Source: Squalus acanthias
Lineage: Eukaryota
Direction: 5' to 3'
DNA: 64,000 bases
NCBI GenBank assembly: GCA_030390025.1
Contig: JASTWF010000098.1
Location: 682,001 to 746,000 of the forward strand
The translations under genes and the position numbers were made by a program. This document shows, piece after piece, positions 24,210 to 36,998 of the stretch; positions within the stretch are counted from its first letter, which is position 1; each line of letters starts with the position of its first letter. The notes below the pieces were generated by a model. The model ran no database searches and was not told where the DNA came from. It saw only the letters and a list, made by a program, of their open reading frames with translations.

Positions 24210-24697
24210 CTGTGCTGCAGAGGCTCGTACTGCTCCACTGTTTTCCTCAGCTGTGGTCTCTCTTGGCTGCTCAGCGAAAGGTTCCTCTGCCTTTGTGCAG
24301 TTCAACTCGGCCTTCAACTGTGTCCCCGATTGGCTGTTCCCTTGCTGACCCTCGCCCCCTGACCCCTGAGCCTCGACCCGCTCCTCAGGCTGCAGGTACC
24401 TGTCCGGGATGAAGACGCTGTAGCCCGCAGTGCTCAGAACTCTCCTCTCCGAGATGCATAAACTGAGCCAGGCAGATCGCACCAGCTGGACTTTGGGAGG
24501 CAGCACCTCCAGCTTCAGGAGGCGAAAGGCGCGGTCACAATCCATCCCATCGTCTATGATCACGTGGGTAACGGCGGGGCTGAAAGCAAGGCTGACCCCC
24601 CCGCCATTCTGTACAATCTGCTTCTGAAAGATCTCTGTCCTGGCCTTTCCGATCCCTGCCTGGACGATGTACGCCGTCACTCCACTCAACCAGGGCT
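24210..24697 (-). CDS. POLL: DNA polymerase lambda coding exon (BRCT domain and linker)
   Basis: (E)PWLSGVTAYIVQAGIGKARTEIFQKQIVQNGG...VTHVIID...VRSAWLSLCISERR; 488 nt; phase 1 in and phase 0 out fit the flanking exons. Confidence 0.93.
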
Positions 24698-26209
24698 CTG
24701 TAGAAATGGGATAAAGAAAGAAAGGATGGGAATTTGAAATAAAAGTCAATGCCATGGAGCAGTGACAAGTGCTACTGACCTTTGAAGGGGGCTGGGACCA
24801 CCAGTCCTTGGCTCTGCTTGGTTCGAAGCAGGCAAAGCAGAATGGGGGGGGGCGGGAGGAACCTACACGACAAGCAAGCGGGCCGGTAACCAGAGGTCAC
24901 AGATTTAAAATAATTGGCAAAAGGCTAGAGGGGAAATGAGGAGAATTTTCTTCACACGGAGGGTTGTTGTGATCTGGATCGCACTACCGGAAAGGGTGGT
25001 GGAAGCAGATTCCACAGGAACTGTCAAAAGGCAATTGGACATGTCCTTGAAGAGGAATAATTTACAGGGTTATGGGGGAAAAGCTGGGGAGTGGGACTAA
25101 TTGGAGAGCTCGTTCACAGAGCCAGCACAGGCACGGCGGGCCGAATGGCCTCCTCCTGTGCTGTAAGATTCTACGGCAACAGAGAGAGGGAACAGAAACA
25201 TTCCTCTGACTCACCAGCAGCAACACTAGGGGAGAGCTGCTATTTAACAGGCGCATGAAGCCCAGTAACCCATGGTGTGATAATATTCCATTGTTGTTTC
25301 TTCGCGATAATGTAGAATTTGGGACTGTTTTTGTAGCAGGACTGTGCAGAGTGCGTCACCCACAGAACTGTTTCTGCATTGTTCCCAACAGAAGGCTAAC
25401 GCTCGATTATCGAGTGTTACTGAGCCAAGATTTAGCAGCAGCTCTGAGGCTCACTTTCACGACCGGGGAGTGATTTCTGGCATGGGTGGGGGACGGGGGT
25501 GCAGGGCTTTGGTAAGAGAGGGAGGGGAAGAATTAAATCTTGGACCGAGAAGCAAAACTCCAACGCTCCATTCTCGCTCTCTCCCGCTGCGAGGGCTATC
25601 CTATCCAGCAGGTAACTGAATTCTGAGACTCCAATGCAGTGTTGAGCGGGTGCTGCATTGCTGGAAGTGCCGATCTTCCGATGAGATGCTAAATCAGGGC
25701 CTTGTTTGGATGGGTCAAGTGGATATTAACAGATCGCGGAACAGCAGGGAGTTCTCCTGGTGTCCTGGCTAGCATTTCTCACTCAACTAAACTCCACCAA
25801 AAGACAGAGTAACTGGCCAACCACCTCAATACTCTTTGTTTGGGATCTTTCTATGCACAAAATGGCTGCTGCGCTTGCCTACGTGGTGTGTGGTGTGCCT
25901 CTGAAAGACATGTTAAGACGCTAAATGAACAAAAAGTCTTGCATTTCTATAGCGCCTTTCACGACCTCAGGACGTCCCAAAGTGCTTTACAGCCAATGAA
26001 ATACTTTTTGAAGTGTAGTCACTGTTGTGATGTAGGAAACGCGGCCACCAATTTGCGCACAGCAAGCTCCCACAAACAGCAATGTGATAATGACCGGATA
26101 ATTTGCAATAAATACACGTCTTTCTTTCATTAATCATCTGCAGATTATGGTTAGTTTCCATCGGTTTCAACATCCACACTGCAAGGGCGAAGGTGACGGT
26201 TCGCTCTAC

Positions 26210-26324
26210 CTTTATCGACTTCCTCTGGCTTTGCTTTCTTCTGGGGCTCTCCGGCTGTGGCTGACGGGACGTCCTGCGCTCGTTTCACCTTCCGGAATGC
26301 CTTGACGATCCCCTGGGGCTCCAT
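26210..26324 (-). CDS. POLL: DNA polymerase lambda first coding exon
   Basis: MEPQGIVKAFRKVKR...EEVDK resembles the Pol lambda N-terminus (human MDPRGILKAF); 115 coding nt, phase 1 donor. Likely acceptor near 26356. Confidence 0.9.
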
Positions 26325-27249
26325 GCGCTGCAGTCAGGGCGAGCGGTGAACCAGCCTGTTCAGCGATGGGGAATTTACTTTCACAAAATAAAACACTTCC
26401 AATGCCCCCCCCACCCTGCGCACCTCCATTTCCCCCTCTCCTCCCAAAGGTGCTGAATCTTGCTGGGTGCTGCAAGGCTGAAGCTGCCCTCCGGTAACTC
26501 GCCCAAAGACTCTTTCTTCTCCTGTGGGTCCAGATAGTAAGTATTGGCAGACTATTCAACCGTAGAGGCCATCACAGCCGAGTCCAAATCTCACCTTCCC
26601 CCACAAATCCACACATGCTTATGGTTACGAGCAGGAGTTACTGGATAGTGATCAGCAGTAGGAGCCCTGGCTCATTCTCCTCTCTCTCACCTCGGAGTAC
26701 CGAAGCAAATGCTGACTCAACACAGGCCGGGAAGGGAAGGTTAGATCATCCTGACCGCTTTGATTCAGCACCACGACAGGCTCTGCATTTACCCAGAGTC
26801 ACTGCTGACTCACTGTGGATGGGGATCAGGAATTTTATGTTTAGAGAACTCGCATCACACCTATTCTGTCTCGTCGCCTTTCTTTGTTAATTTACTGCCC
26901 ATCCTAGTTGCCCTGAGATGCTGGCAAGGCAACGTTTCTTGTCCCGGGTTGTCCTGAGAAGCCCAGTGCCATTACCACACTCTGTCCGCCCGCTGTGTTG
27001 TGCCCCGAGGGCAGGTCCTAACCCAGGACTCACACCAGATTCTGGAGCCACTTACGAGGGAAGGAGTAGCCCAGGTGGTTCCCCGTTGCCCTCCTCACAG
27101 TTTTTATCTTCGGAGCACCTTCTCCTCGGTGGGCTGCAAGCAAGGCTAAAGATTCCCCCCTCCCCTTTACAATGGGAGGGGGACACCCACACCCATCAGA
27201 CTCAAGTATCCCCACTGGACGTCAACCTAGTATTCAGAGCCGGGTCTCA

Positions 27250-28755
27250 TAACAACATAAGAATTAGGAGCAGGAGTCGGCCATTCGGCCCCTCGAGCCT
27301 GCTCCGCCATTCAATAAGATCATGGCTGATCTTCTACCTCAACTCCACTTTCCCGCCCGATCCCCATATCCCTTGATTCCCCTAGAGTCCAAGAATCTAT
27401 CGATCTCTGTCTTGAATATACTCAACGACTGAGCATCCACAGCCCTCTGGGGCAGAGAATTCCAAAGATTCACCACCCTCTGAGTGAAGAAATTCCTCCT
27501 CATCTCAGTTTTAAAAGGATGGCCCCTTAACCTGAGACTGTGACCCCTGGTTTTAGACTCTCCGGCCAGGGGAAACAACCTCTCAGCATCTACCCTGTCA
27601 AGTCCCCCCCAGAATCTTGTATGTTTCAATGAGATCACCTCGCATTCTTCTAAACTCCAGAGAATATAGGCCCAATCTACTCAATCTCTCCACTCACTGG
27701 GGCAGTCTGGAGTGGGGTCCGAACCCATCCCTTCTAACTCAGAGGCGGGAATGCTACCCCTGAGCCAGTGGTCACTCAGTCCAGACAAGATACGGTTTAG
27801 AGACCATAGTCTAGTCTCTGCTCACCGGGGCTGTCTGGAGTGGAGCTCGAACCCTTCACCTTCTGACGCAGAGGCGGGAATGCTAGCAAAGGCTCACTCA
27901 CTACTGTACTTGAATACAAAGGAATCCTGCACCCTTGCACTGTTTCAGAGCTCTCTGATGGATCAGACACCTGAATCAGTATCTTTCAGCAGCTTCAAGC
28001 AGCGGGGAGATTTCTTTCTATTGAAAATACTTCCCTTTTCTTTCCCTTCATCTTTAGCTGCAAGCGACCAGTGCTGGATCTTCATGGGTGAGTGAGATGT
28101 TAGAGCTGAGCTGCCTTCATACCAACATGTGAACATGCCGGACACGAAAACACCAGCTGGTCCATCTAACCTGTCCCATGCAGTCACAGAACCTCACAGC
28201 ACAGAAGGAGGCCATTCGGCCCATCGTGCCTGTGCCGGCTCTTTGAAAGAGCTCTCCAATTAGTCCCACTCCCCCCTGCTCTTGCCCCATATCCCTGCAA
28301 ATTATTCTTTTTCAGCTATATATTCAATTCCCTTTTGAAAGTTACTATTGAATCTGCTTCCACCGCCCTTTCAGGCAGCGCGTTCCAGATCACAACAACC
28401 CATTGAGTAACAAAATGTTTCCTCATCTCCCCTCTGGCTCTTTTGCTAATTACCTTCAATCTGTGTCCTCTGGTTCCCGACCCTCTTGCCAGTGGAAACA
28501 GTTTCTCCTTATTCACTCGATCAAAACCCCTCATAATTTTTAACACCTCTTTCAAATCTCCCCTTAACCTTCTCTGCTCTAAGGAAAACAACCCCAGCTT
28601 CTCCAGTCTCTCCACATCACTGAAGTCCCTCATCCCTGGTACCATGCTAGTAAATCTCCTCTGCACCCTCCTTCCTCAAGTGTCGTGCCCAGAATTGGAC
28701 ACAATACTCCAGCTGAGGCCTAACCAGTGATTAATAAAGGTTTAGCATAACTTCC
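27250..28755 (-). mobile_element. Two CR1 3' fragments (about 27250-27690 and 28190-28755)
   Basis: TRGHSLRL, RRNFFTQRVV, LEKLGLFSLEQRRLRGDL and 3' UTR tails. Confidence 0.88.
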
Positions 28756-30109
28756 TTATGATTAAGACATTCCCTACACACCCGGATCCATGTCATTTCC
28801 CGGGAGAGGCTTAGAAGCTGGATAAAACCCAAGGCCAATTACAGAAAAAAAGAAATCTGGAAAATTCCTCTCCGACTACCCAAGGTGATCAAACCTAGAC
28901 CGGGAGACCTCACTGACCATGGCTCATGTTACTTGGTACCCACCTCTTGTATGACTTGATGTTCGGCCCACCCAGGAACGCGTCCAGCTCTTATTTGAAG
29001 GAATTCAGCGAATCAGCGTTCACCGCACGAGCGGGCAACTTGTTCCATAGGTCCACTATTCCCTGGGAAAAGAAGAACCGTTGAACATGTCACCTCGTTC
29101 TCCTCTTGCGTAACGTACATGTGTGACCTCTGGTCCTGCCCAAACTAATTGACATAATTTTACGCTAGGACACAATCAGCTTCCTTCACTATTTTATAGA
29201 CGGCGATCAAATCACCCCCCCCCCTTGTCTATAATTCTCGAACGTATATAGACCCATCTGGGTAGCTAAGGTGTTTTCAGCTGATGTTGCCAGATGTGCA
29301 CACACATGCACTTTCCAGTAGGAATCACTGGATGGTGAACAGAAACAGGAGCTGAAATTCCCGGCTGATTTCCCCCCTCTGTTTCCTGGGCTAATTCACT
29401 CACCAGGTCACCGGGGAGCAGCAACTGCTAAGAACGACTCCTCTGTGCGTGATTTTTGCGCTCATTAAGATGAAGGATGTTAGTGTAGGGGAATGCAACA
29501 CTTTCCCCTTCAGGTTCCCAGTGTCAGCATCAAGCGCTCTTAGAAGAGGTGTAGTGCGATTCGATGCAGAGTAATGCTCCCTCTACTCAGCCCCAACCTC
29601 AAAAAACACTCTCTAACACATCAGTATAACTTTTATAATTTCCCACAACAGTCATTCCCCATGACCGTGAGATTGGCAGCTTTAGTGCCCACTCACTTTG
29701 GGCTGCGGCTCCAGGCTCGTTAGTAACTGGATGGAACTTTGCTGAAACTTTTTTCATGTGTTTATTTATTTTGGATGTCTGCCGTGGCTCAGTGGGTAGC
29801 ACTCTCGCCTCCGAGTCAGAAGGTTGTGGGTTTCAGTCCCACTCCAGAGACTTGAACTCATAATCCAGGCTGACACTCCCAGTGCAGTGCTGAGGGAGCG
29901 CTGCACTGTCGGAGGTGCCGTCTTTCAAATGAGACATTAAACCGAGGCCTCGTCTGCCCTCTCAGGTGAATGTAAAAGATCCCGTGGCACTATTTTGAAT
30001 AAGAGCAGGGGAGTTCTACCCGGTGTCCTGGGTCAATGTTTATCCCTCAACTAACATCACTAAAACAGATTATCTGGTCATTATGAAATACGTGGCTTAA
30101 CAAAGACTG

Positions 30110-30775
30110 CCTATTTCCACCTCTGTAATATTGCCCATCTCCGCCCTGCCTCAGCTCATCTGATGCTGAAACCTTCATCCATGCCTTTGTTACCTCTAGA
30201 CTTGACTATTCCAACACACCGGATCCGGGCTGGCCTCCCACATTCTACCCTACATAAACTTAAACTCATCCAAAACTCAGCTGCCCGTGTCCTAACTCGC
30301 ACCGAGTCCTGTTCACCCATCACCCCTGTGCTCACTGACCTACATTGTCTCCCGGTCCAGCAAAGCCTCGATTTTAAAATTCTCATGCTTGTTTTTAAAT
30401 CCCTCCATGGCCTCACCCCTCCCTCTCTCTGTAACCTCCTCCAGCCGCCGCCCCCCCCTCCGAGATCTCTGCGCTCCTCCAATTCTGGCCTCTTGCGCAT
30501 CCCCGATTTCCATCGCTCCACCATTGGCGGCCGTGCCTTCAGCTGCCTGGGCCCTGAGCTCTGGAATTCCCTCCCTAAACCTCTCCGCCTCTCTCTCCTC
30601 CTTTAAGACGCTCGTTAAAACCGACCTCTTTGACCAAGCTTTTGGTCACCTGTCCTAATATCTCCTTATGTGGCTCGGTGTCAAATGTTGTTTGATTTAC
30701 GCTCCTGTGAAGCGCCTTGGGATGTTTTACTATGTTGAAGGCGTTGTATAAATACAAGTTGTTGTTGTTGTTGTT
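30110..30775 (+). mobile_element. L2 LINE 3' fragment
   Basis: IQNSAARVLT..PITPVL.DLH motif and (GTT)n tail. Similar fragments at about 23850-24190, 41005-41520, 54435-54772 and 58415-58755. Confidence 0.88.
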
Positions 30776-31022
30776 GCTGCTGTTTGTGGGATCTTGCTGT
30801 GTGCAAACTGTCAGCTGCGTTTCCGACATCCCATCAGTGACCGCGCCTCAAACATTGGCCCCCACACACCGTCAAAGCAGCGCTTCACCGACACAGTGTG
30901 GAGGAGCCGGAGGTGAATCCCCGGCACTGGCTGCAAATTAAAGCAAGGATTAAAGGCCGAGAACGGTCCGCGCTCCGGGGATCGAGCCTTTGATGATTTT
31001 TGATTTTTGAAGATTTTCTCAC

Positions 31023-31165
31023 CTCACCGCAAAGAGACCAAAATAAACCCAGGCATTTCCTGTTGGCTAAATGTAAAAAAAATTAAATCGATGATTAAAA
31101 TAATTAATAAAAGGCTGTTTGGCGCTGAGAGAAAGCCCGGAATTCGGAGCGGCTACCCGAACCCA
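31023..31165 (-). other. POLL: Putative non-coding first exon of POLL
   Basis: Tandem minus-strand donors GCG|GTGAGG and GAG|GTGAGA at about 31017-31030, next to the CpG-rich promoter. The first coding exon has an upstream acceptor. The 5' boundary is a guess. Confidence 0.4.
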
Positions 31166-31380
31166 GGCCGCGGGGGTCACAGGGCAACGGGCGGGGTCGT
31201 AGGGCAATGGGCGGGGTCGTAGGGCAATGGGCGGGGTCGTAGAGCAATGGGCGGGGCCTCGGGGGTCACAGGGCAACGGGCGGGGTCGTAGGGCAATGGG
31301 CGGGGCCACGGGGTCACAGGTTGGAGGGGCGGGACCGCGGTTGCCATGGAGATCGGGTAACTGCAGCAAGATGGCGGCGA
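31140..31380. promoter_or_regulatory. Bidirectional POLL/DPCD CpG-rich promoter with GC boxes, RFX X-box and YY1 site
   Basis: Repeated GGGCGGGG; GTTGCCATGGAGAT at 31340-31353 (X-box-like); CAAGATGGCGGC at 31367-31378 (YY1 motif over the DPCD ATG); divergent gene arrangement. Confidence 0.8.
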
Positions 31381-31434
31381 AGGGCTGGTTGGAGAGTTTG
31401 CGAGAAGCGAAAAAAACAGCGGCGGTGCAGGAGG
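31371..31434 (+). CDS. DPCD: DPCD exon 1
   Basis: MAAKGWLESLREAKKTAAVQE(G), like human [22 protein letters not shown]; donor GTGAGG. Confidence 0.95.
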
Positions 31435-31437
31435 GTG

Positions 31438-31600
31438 AGGCCCGGGGGAGAGAGAGAGAGAGAGCGGGGCCCGGGGGAGAGAGAGAGAGAGCGGGGCCCG
31501 GGGGAGAGAGCGAGAGAGCGGGGCCCGGGGGAGAGAGAGAGAGAGCGGGGCCCGGGGGAGAGAGCGGGGACAGGGGCCAGGGGGAGAGAGCGAGGACAGG
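31438..31600. repeat. GGGCCCGGGGGA(GA)nGCG tandem repeat, about 5 copies, at the start of DPCD intron 1
   Basis: Direct reading; units of about 28-30 bp. Confidence 0.9.
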
Positions 31601-31749
31601 GGACGAGAGCGGAGTCCGGGGCCCCTCGGGGTGCCTGAGATGGAGCAGCGGGTTTGAGGGAAGCCGAGTGCGAAGCCAAGCTGTTGGAGGAAGCGAGAAA
31701 TGGGTGCCAGGGAGGGGATACTGTGCAAACTCTGAGCAGGCCAGTGAAG

Positions 31750-34332
31750 CTTTTCTTGATATATATTAATGACTTGGATGTGGGTGTACAGGGCACAATT
31801 TCAAAATTTGCAGATGATACAAAACTTGGAAGTATAGTGAACAGTGAGGAGGAGAGCGATAGACTTCAAGAAGACACAGACAGGCTGGTGAAATGGGTGG
31901 ACACGTGGCAGATGAAATTTAACGCAGAAAAGTGCGAAGTGATACATTTTGGTAGGCAGATTGAGGAGAGGCAATATAAACTAAAGGGTACAATTCTAAA
32001 AGGGGTACATGAACAGAGAGACCTGGGGGTATATGTGCACAAATCATTGAAGGTGGCAGGGCAGTTTGAGAAAGCAGTTAAAAAAGCTTATGGGATCCTG
32101 GGCTTCATGAATAGAGGTATAGAGTATAAAAGTGTGGAAGTTATGATGAACCTTTATAAAACACTGGTTCAGCCTCAACTGGAGTATTGTGTCCAATTCT
32201 GGGCACCGCATTTTAGGAAGGATGTGAAGGCCTTAGAGAGGGTGCAGAAAAGATTTACGAGAATTATTCCAGGAATGAGGGACTTCAGTTATGTGGATAG
32301 ACTGCAGAAGCTGGGGTTGTTCTCAAGGCTAAGAGGAGATTTGATAGAGGTGCTCAAAATCATGAGGGGTCTAGACAGAGTAGAGAGAGAGAAACTGTTC
32401 CCATTGGCGGAAGGGTCGAGAACCAGAGGACACAGATTTAAGGTGATTGGCAAAAGAACCAAAGGCGACATGAGGAAAAACTTTTTTACGCAGCGAGTGG
32501 TTATGATCTGGAATGCACTGTCTGAAAGGGTGGTGGAGGCAGATTCAATCGTGGCTTTCAAAAGGGAATTGGATAAGTACCTGAAGAAAAAAATTTGCAG
32601 GGCTAAAGTCACTATCACTAGAAAAAAAGTAGTAGGCAAACTAATGGGACTAAAGGCTGACAAGTCCCCTGGACCTGATAGCCTGCATCCTAGGGTCTTA
32701 AAAGAAGTGGCTGCAGAGATAGTGGATGCGTTGGTTGTAGTCTACCAAAATTCCCTGGATTCTGGCGAGGTCCCAGCGGATTGGAAAACCGCATATGTAA
32801 CGCCCCTATTCAAGAAAGGAGGGAGACAGAAAGCAGGAATCTATAGGCCAGTTAGCCTAACATCTGTCATTGGAAAATGCTGTAATCCATTATTAAGGAA
32901 GTAATGGTAGGACATTTAGAAAATCATAATACAATCAAGCAGAGTCAACATGGTTTTATGAAAGGGAAATTGTGTTTGACAAATTTATTAGAGTTCTTTG
33001 ATGATGTAATGAGCAGGGTGGATAAAGGGGAACCAGTAATGTATCTGGATTTCCAGAAGGCATTCGATAAGGTGCCACATAAAAGGCTACTGCACAAGAT
33101 AAGAGCTCACGGGGGTTGGGGGTAATATATTAGCATGGATAGAGGATTGGCTAACTAACAGAAAACAGAGAGTCGGGATAAATGGCTCATTTTCAGGTTG
33201 GCAAACTGTAACTAGTGGGGTGCCGCAGGGTGCTGGGGCCTCAACTATTTACAATCTATATTAATGACTTGGATGAAGGGACTGAGTGTACTGTAGCCAA
33301 ATTTGCTGCTGATACAAAGATAGGTGGGAAAGAAAGTTGTGAGGAAGACACAGAGTCTGCAAAGGGATATAGATAGGTTAAGTGAGTTGGGCAAAAATTT
33401 GGCAGATGGAGTATAATGTGGGAAAATGTGAGGTTATCCACTTTGGTAGGAAGAATAAAAAAGCAAATTTATTATTTAAATGCAGAGACTACAAAATGCT
33501 GCAGTACAGAGGGATCTGGGGGTCCTCGTACATGAAACACAAAAAGTTAGCATGCAGGTACAGCAAGTAATTAGGAAGGCAAATGGAATGTTGGCCCTTT
33601 TTGCAAGGGGGATGGAGTATAAAAGTAGGGAAGTCTTGCTACGACTGTACAGGGGGCTGGTGAGACCACATCTGGAGTACTGCGTGCAGTTTTGGTCTCC
33701 TTATTTAAGGAGGGATATACTTGCATTGGAGGCAGTTCAGAGAAGGTTCACTAGGTTGATTTCTGAGATGAAGGGATTGTCTTATGAAGAAAGGTTGAGC
33801 AGGCTGGGCCTATACTCATTGGAGTTTAGAAAAATGAGAGGTGATCTTATTGAAACATACAAGATTCTGAAGGGGCTTGACAAGGTAGATGCAGGCAGGA
33901 TGTTTCCCCTCGTGGGGGAATCTAGAACTAGGGGGCATAGTTTCAAAATAAAGAGTTGCCCATTTAAAACGGAGATGAGGAGGAATTTCTTCTCTGAGGG
34001 TCGTGAATCTTTGGAATTCTCTTCCCCAGAGAGCTGTGGAGGCTTTGTCAGTGAATATATTCAAAGCGGAGATCGACAGATATTTGAGCTGCAGGGAAGT
34101 CATGGGTTATGGGGAGCGGGCGGGAAAGTGGAGTTGAGGCCAAGATCAGATCAGCCATGATCTTATTGAATGGAAGAGCAGGCTCGAGGGGCCAAATAGC
34201 ATACTCCTCCTCCTATTTCTTATGTTCTACAGGGAAAGGGCGGGGGAGTGGGACTCGCTGAAGTGCTCTTACAGAGAGCCGGCATGGGCTTGACGGGCCG
34301 AATAGCCTCCTTCTGTGCTGTAACCATTCTAT
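31750..34332 (+). mobile_element. Nested CR1 pair: CR1 (31750-32605, tail 34227-34332) with a second CR1 (about 32606-34226) inserted
   Basis: The host tail ...GCAGGGCTA|CAGGGAAAGGGCGG is split. The insert has KSPGPD, QHGF, YLDFQKAFDKV and FAADTK. Confidence 0.88.
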
Positions 34333-34584
34333 GAGACTGAGACACAAAACACTGGTGGCGCAGGGAAAGGGACTGCGGTGTTGTCAGGACGCTGAGGGAG
34401 ATTGGCTGGGACTGAGGGGCAGCTCTTTGGGAATTGGCAGAAACTCAACAAGGTTAAAGATTGAATCTGTAACACTGAGGATTCACTGCAAGATATGTGT
34501 GAATAGTTCTGCATTCTCTGTCCCTTGTGCTGATTGTAACTCTGACTCCTCTCCTTGCTCTGACATTTGTCTCTCTCCCCCCAG

Positions 34585-34665
34585 GAAAGAGGAAAGTGCA
34601 TTATTTGTTTCCTGATGGCAAAGAAATGGTAGAAGAATATGAAGTCTCCAGCGACCAACTCATGG
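34585..34665 (+). CDS. DPCD: DPCD exon 2
   Basis: GKRKVHYLFPDGKEMVEEYEVSSDQLM; 81 nt; AG/GT. Confidence 0.96.
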
Positions 34666-35374
34666 GTGAGGATCAGGTTGCTCACTGCAGGGCAGGCTTT
34701 AATTTCCTCTGGCAACGTGCTGGTTAACGGGTTTGCTTAACATTTCTTTGTGAACCGCATTAATGTAGCCTTTAAAATCGAACTAGACATTTTATACAAA
34801 CTCTTTTTAAAATTTGTTCTTGGGATGATGCTGTCATGGGCAACGCTGCAGTTTTTGGCCGTCCTGAGTTGCCCTGAGAAGGTGGTGGTGGTGGACCTTC
34901 TCTTTGAACCACCTTGTGCTGATGGTGTTCCCACAAGGTTGTTGGATGGGAAATTCCAGGATTCTGTCCCAGTGACACAGAAATGGTGATAAATGTCCCA
35001 AGTCAGGATGGAGGGGAACCTGAAGGTGATGGTGCTCCCACAACATTGCCCCTCTCGAGGGTAGAGGTCACGGGAGAGGGCGGTGCCATTGAAGTAACCT
35101 TGGCGAGTTGCTGCAGTGCATCCTGTAGATCGTACACACTGTGCCTGGCAAACGCTGAGTATTCCAGCACACTCCTGACTTGAGCCTTGTAGATGGTGGA
35201 GTGGTTTTGAGGGGGTCAGGAGGTGAGCTACATGTCATAGAGTATCCAGTGTTGATATAGTTGGTCCTTTTCAGCTTCTGGCCATTGGTGATCCCCGGGA
35301 TGTTGGATTGGGGTGCGGGGGAACTCGTTGATGACGGTGCCGTTGAAAGTCAAAGGGAGCTGGGCTTTCTCTTG

Positions 35375-35549
35375 TTTGCCTTTTCGAGGGATACATGGAA
35401 CGTTCTTTGTTCCAGTCCTACTCGGGTCCCCTCCCTCATCTCTCTCTCCGGTACATTGATGACCGTTTCCTGCTCTCACCCTGAACTGAGAAATTTCATC
35501 AACTTTGCTTCCAATTTCCACCCTTCCCTCGTGTTCACTTGGTCCCATC
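35375..35549 (+). mobile_element. Internal Penelope RT fragment
   Basis: Similar to 1797-1985 (TTGTTCCAGTCCTACTCGGGTCCCCTCCCTCA...GGTACATTGATGAC). Confidence 0.85.
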
Positions 35550-36361
35550 AAACACTCCCAGGGCAGGTACAGCACGGGGTTAGATACAGAGTAAAGCTCC
35601 CTCTACACTGTTCCATCAAACACTCCCAGGGCAGGTACAGCACGGGTTAGATACAGAGTAAAACTCCCTCTACTCTGTCCCATCAAACACTCCCAGGCCA
35701 GGTATAGCACGGGTTAGATACAGAGTAAAGCTCCCTCTACACTGTCCCTACAAACACTCCCAGGGCAGGTACAGCACGGGGTTAGATACAGAGTAAAGCT
35801 CCCTCTACACTGTCCCGTCAAACACTCCCAGGGCAGGTACAGCACGGGTTAGTTACAGAGTAAAGCTCCCACTACACTGTACCATCAAACACTCCCAGGG
35901 CAGGTACAGCATGGGTTAGATACAGAGTAAAGCTCCCTCTACACTGTCCCATCAAACACTCCCAGGGCAGGTACAGCACGGGTTAGATACAGAGTAAAGC
36001 TCCCTCTACACTGTCTCATCAAACACTCCCAGGGCAGGTACAGCACGGGTTAGATACAGAGTAAAGCTCCCTCTACACTGTCCCATCAAACACTCCCAGG
36101 GCAGGTACAGCATAGGTTAGATACAGAGTAAAGCTCCCTCTACACTGTCCCATCAAACACTCCCAGGGCAGGTACAGCACAGGTTAGATACAGAGTAAAG
36201 CTCCCTCTACACTGTCCCATCAAACACTCCCAGGGCAGGTACAGCACAGGTTAGATACAGAGTAAAGCTCCCTCTACACTGTCCCATCAAACACTCCCAG
36301 GGCAGGTACAGCACGGGTTAGATACAGAGTAAAGCTCCCTCTACACTGTCTCATCAAACAC
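35543..36361 (+). repeat. 67-bp minisatellite, about 12 copies
   Basis: TCCCATCAAACACTCCCAGGGCAGGTACAGCACGGGTTAGATACAGAGTAAAGCTCCCTCTACACTG. Confidence 0.97.
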
Positions 36362-36816
36362 TGCCTAGTTAGGTATACCACAGGTTAGTTAAATTCAGCA
36401 CAGACTGGGCATCACAGCTGCCATCTTCTGTATGGCTCAGTGACACATCAGTAAAGTGTCTGCACCATTTATTACGGTGTAGTTGTAACTACTGGAGCAG
36501 GGCCGCACAGGCTGTTACTGTCTCAGTATTTACTTCTGCCGTTCCTTGGCTGCTCTGGGACAGAGCCTTCCATTTTGTTCCTGTTCATTTCAGCAGCAAA
36601 TTCAACTTCTCTGAATAGCTGTGTACTGTGTGAATAGTGGAAATCTAGAATAATGAAGCAGGCCGTGTCACATGTGAGTTTATAGTCTATAAAATACAGG
36701 GGCCCGTTTTCACTGTTATATTTTTAACAGATTACAGCTTTCCTCAGTATGTTGCATGCTGTATTGTATTTATTGATTTACATGCCAATCACATTTGAGA
36801 CTCCTCTGCTTTATAG

Positions 36817-36941
36817 TTAGAAAGTGGAAGCAGAGGAGTACACTGGGATCCCCTGGACAGTGGCAGTTCGAGATGGGGGAAGCGTTTTCTAGAGCAGTCG
36901 GGGGCCTGGAGCAGCAGCTAATGCAGGAAAGCAGCAGCAAT
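36817..36941 (+). CDS. DPCD: DPCD exon 3
   Basis: VRKWKQRSTLGSPGQWQFEMGE...LMQESSSN; 125 nt; tttatAG acceptor and GTAAGT donor. Confidence 0.95.
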
Positions 36942-36998
36942 GTAAGTGGGTTTAAACTCGGAGCATAAATGACTCTGTGCCTAAATTCTCTGGATTCC

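Noticed and set aside
27963-28187. Possible extra upstream POLL coding exon (MKIQHWSL...)
   Set aside because: No similarity to Pol lambda, it ends in a stop, and the true start is at 26324.
29779-29850. tRNA genes
   Set aside because: The A/B-box sequences are SINE heads that continue into SINE bodies; there is no complete cloverleaf.
31654-32904. 416-aa ORF just downstream of DPCD exon 1 as a domesticated gene
   Set aside because: It is a chance in-frame fusion of two nested CR1 fragments with domains out of order.
35543-36361. Telomeric seed GGGTTAG or a ribozyme in the 67-mer
   Set aside because: Only one 7-nt match per unit and no hammerhead core.
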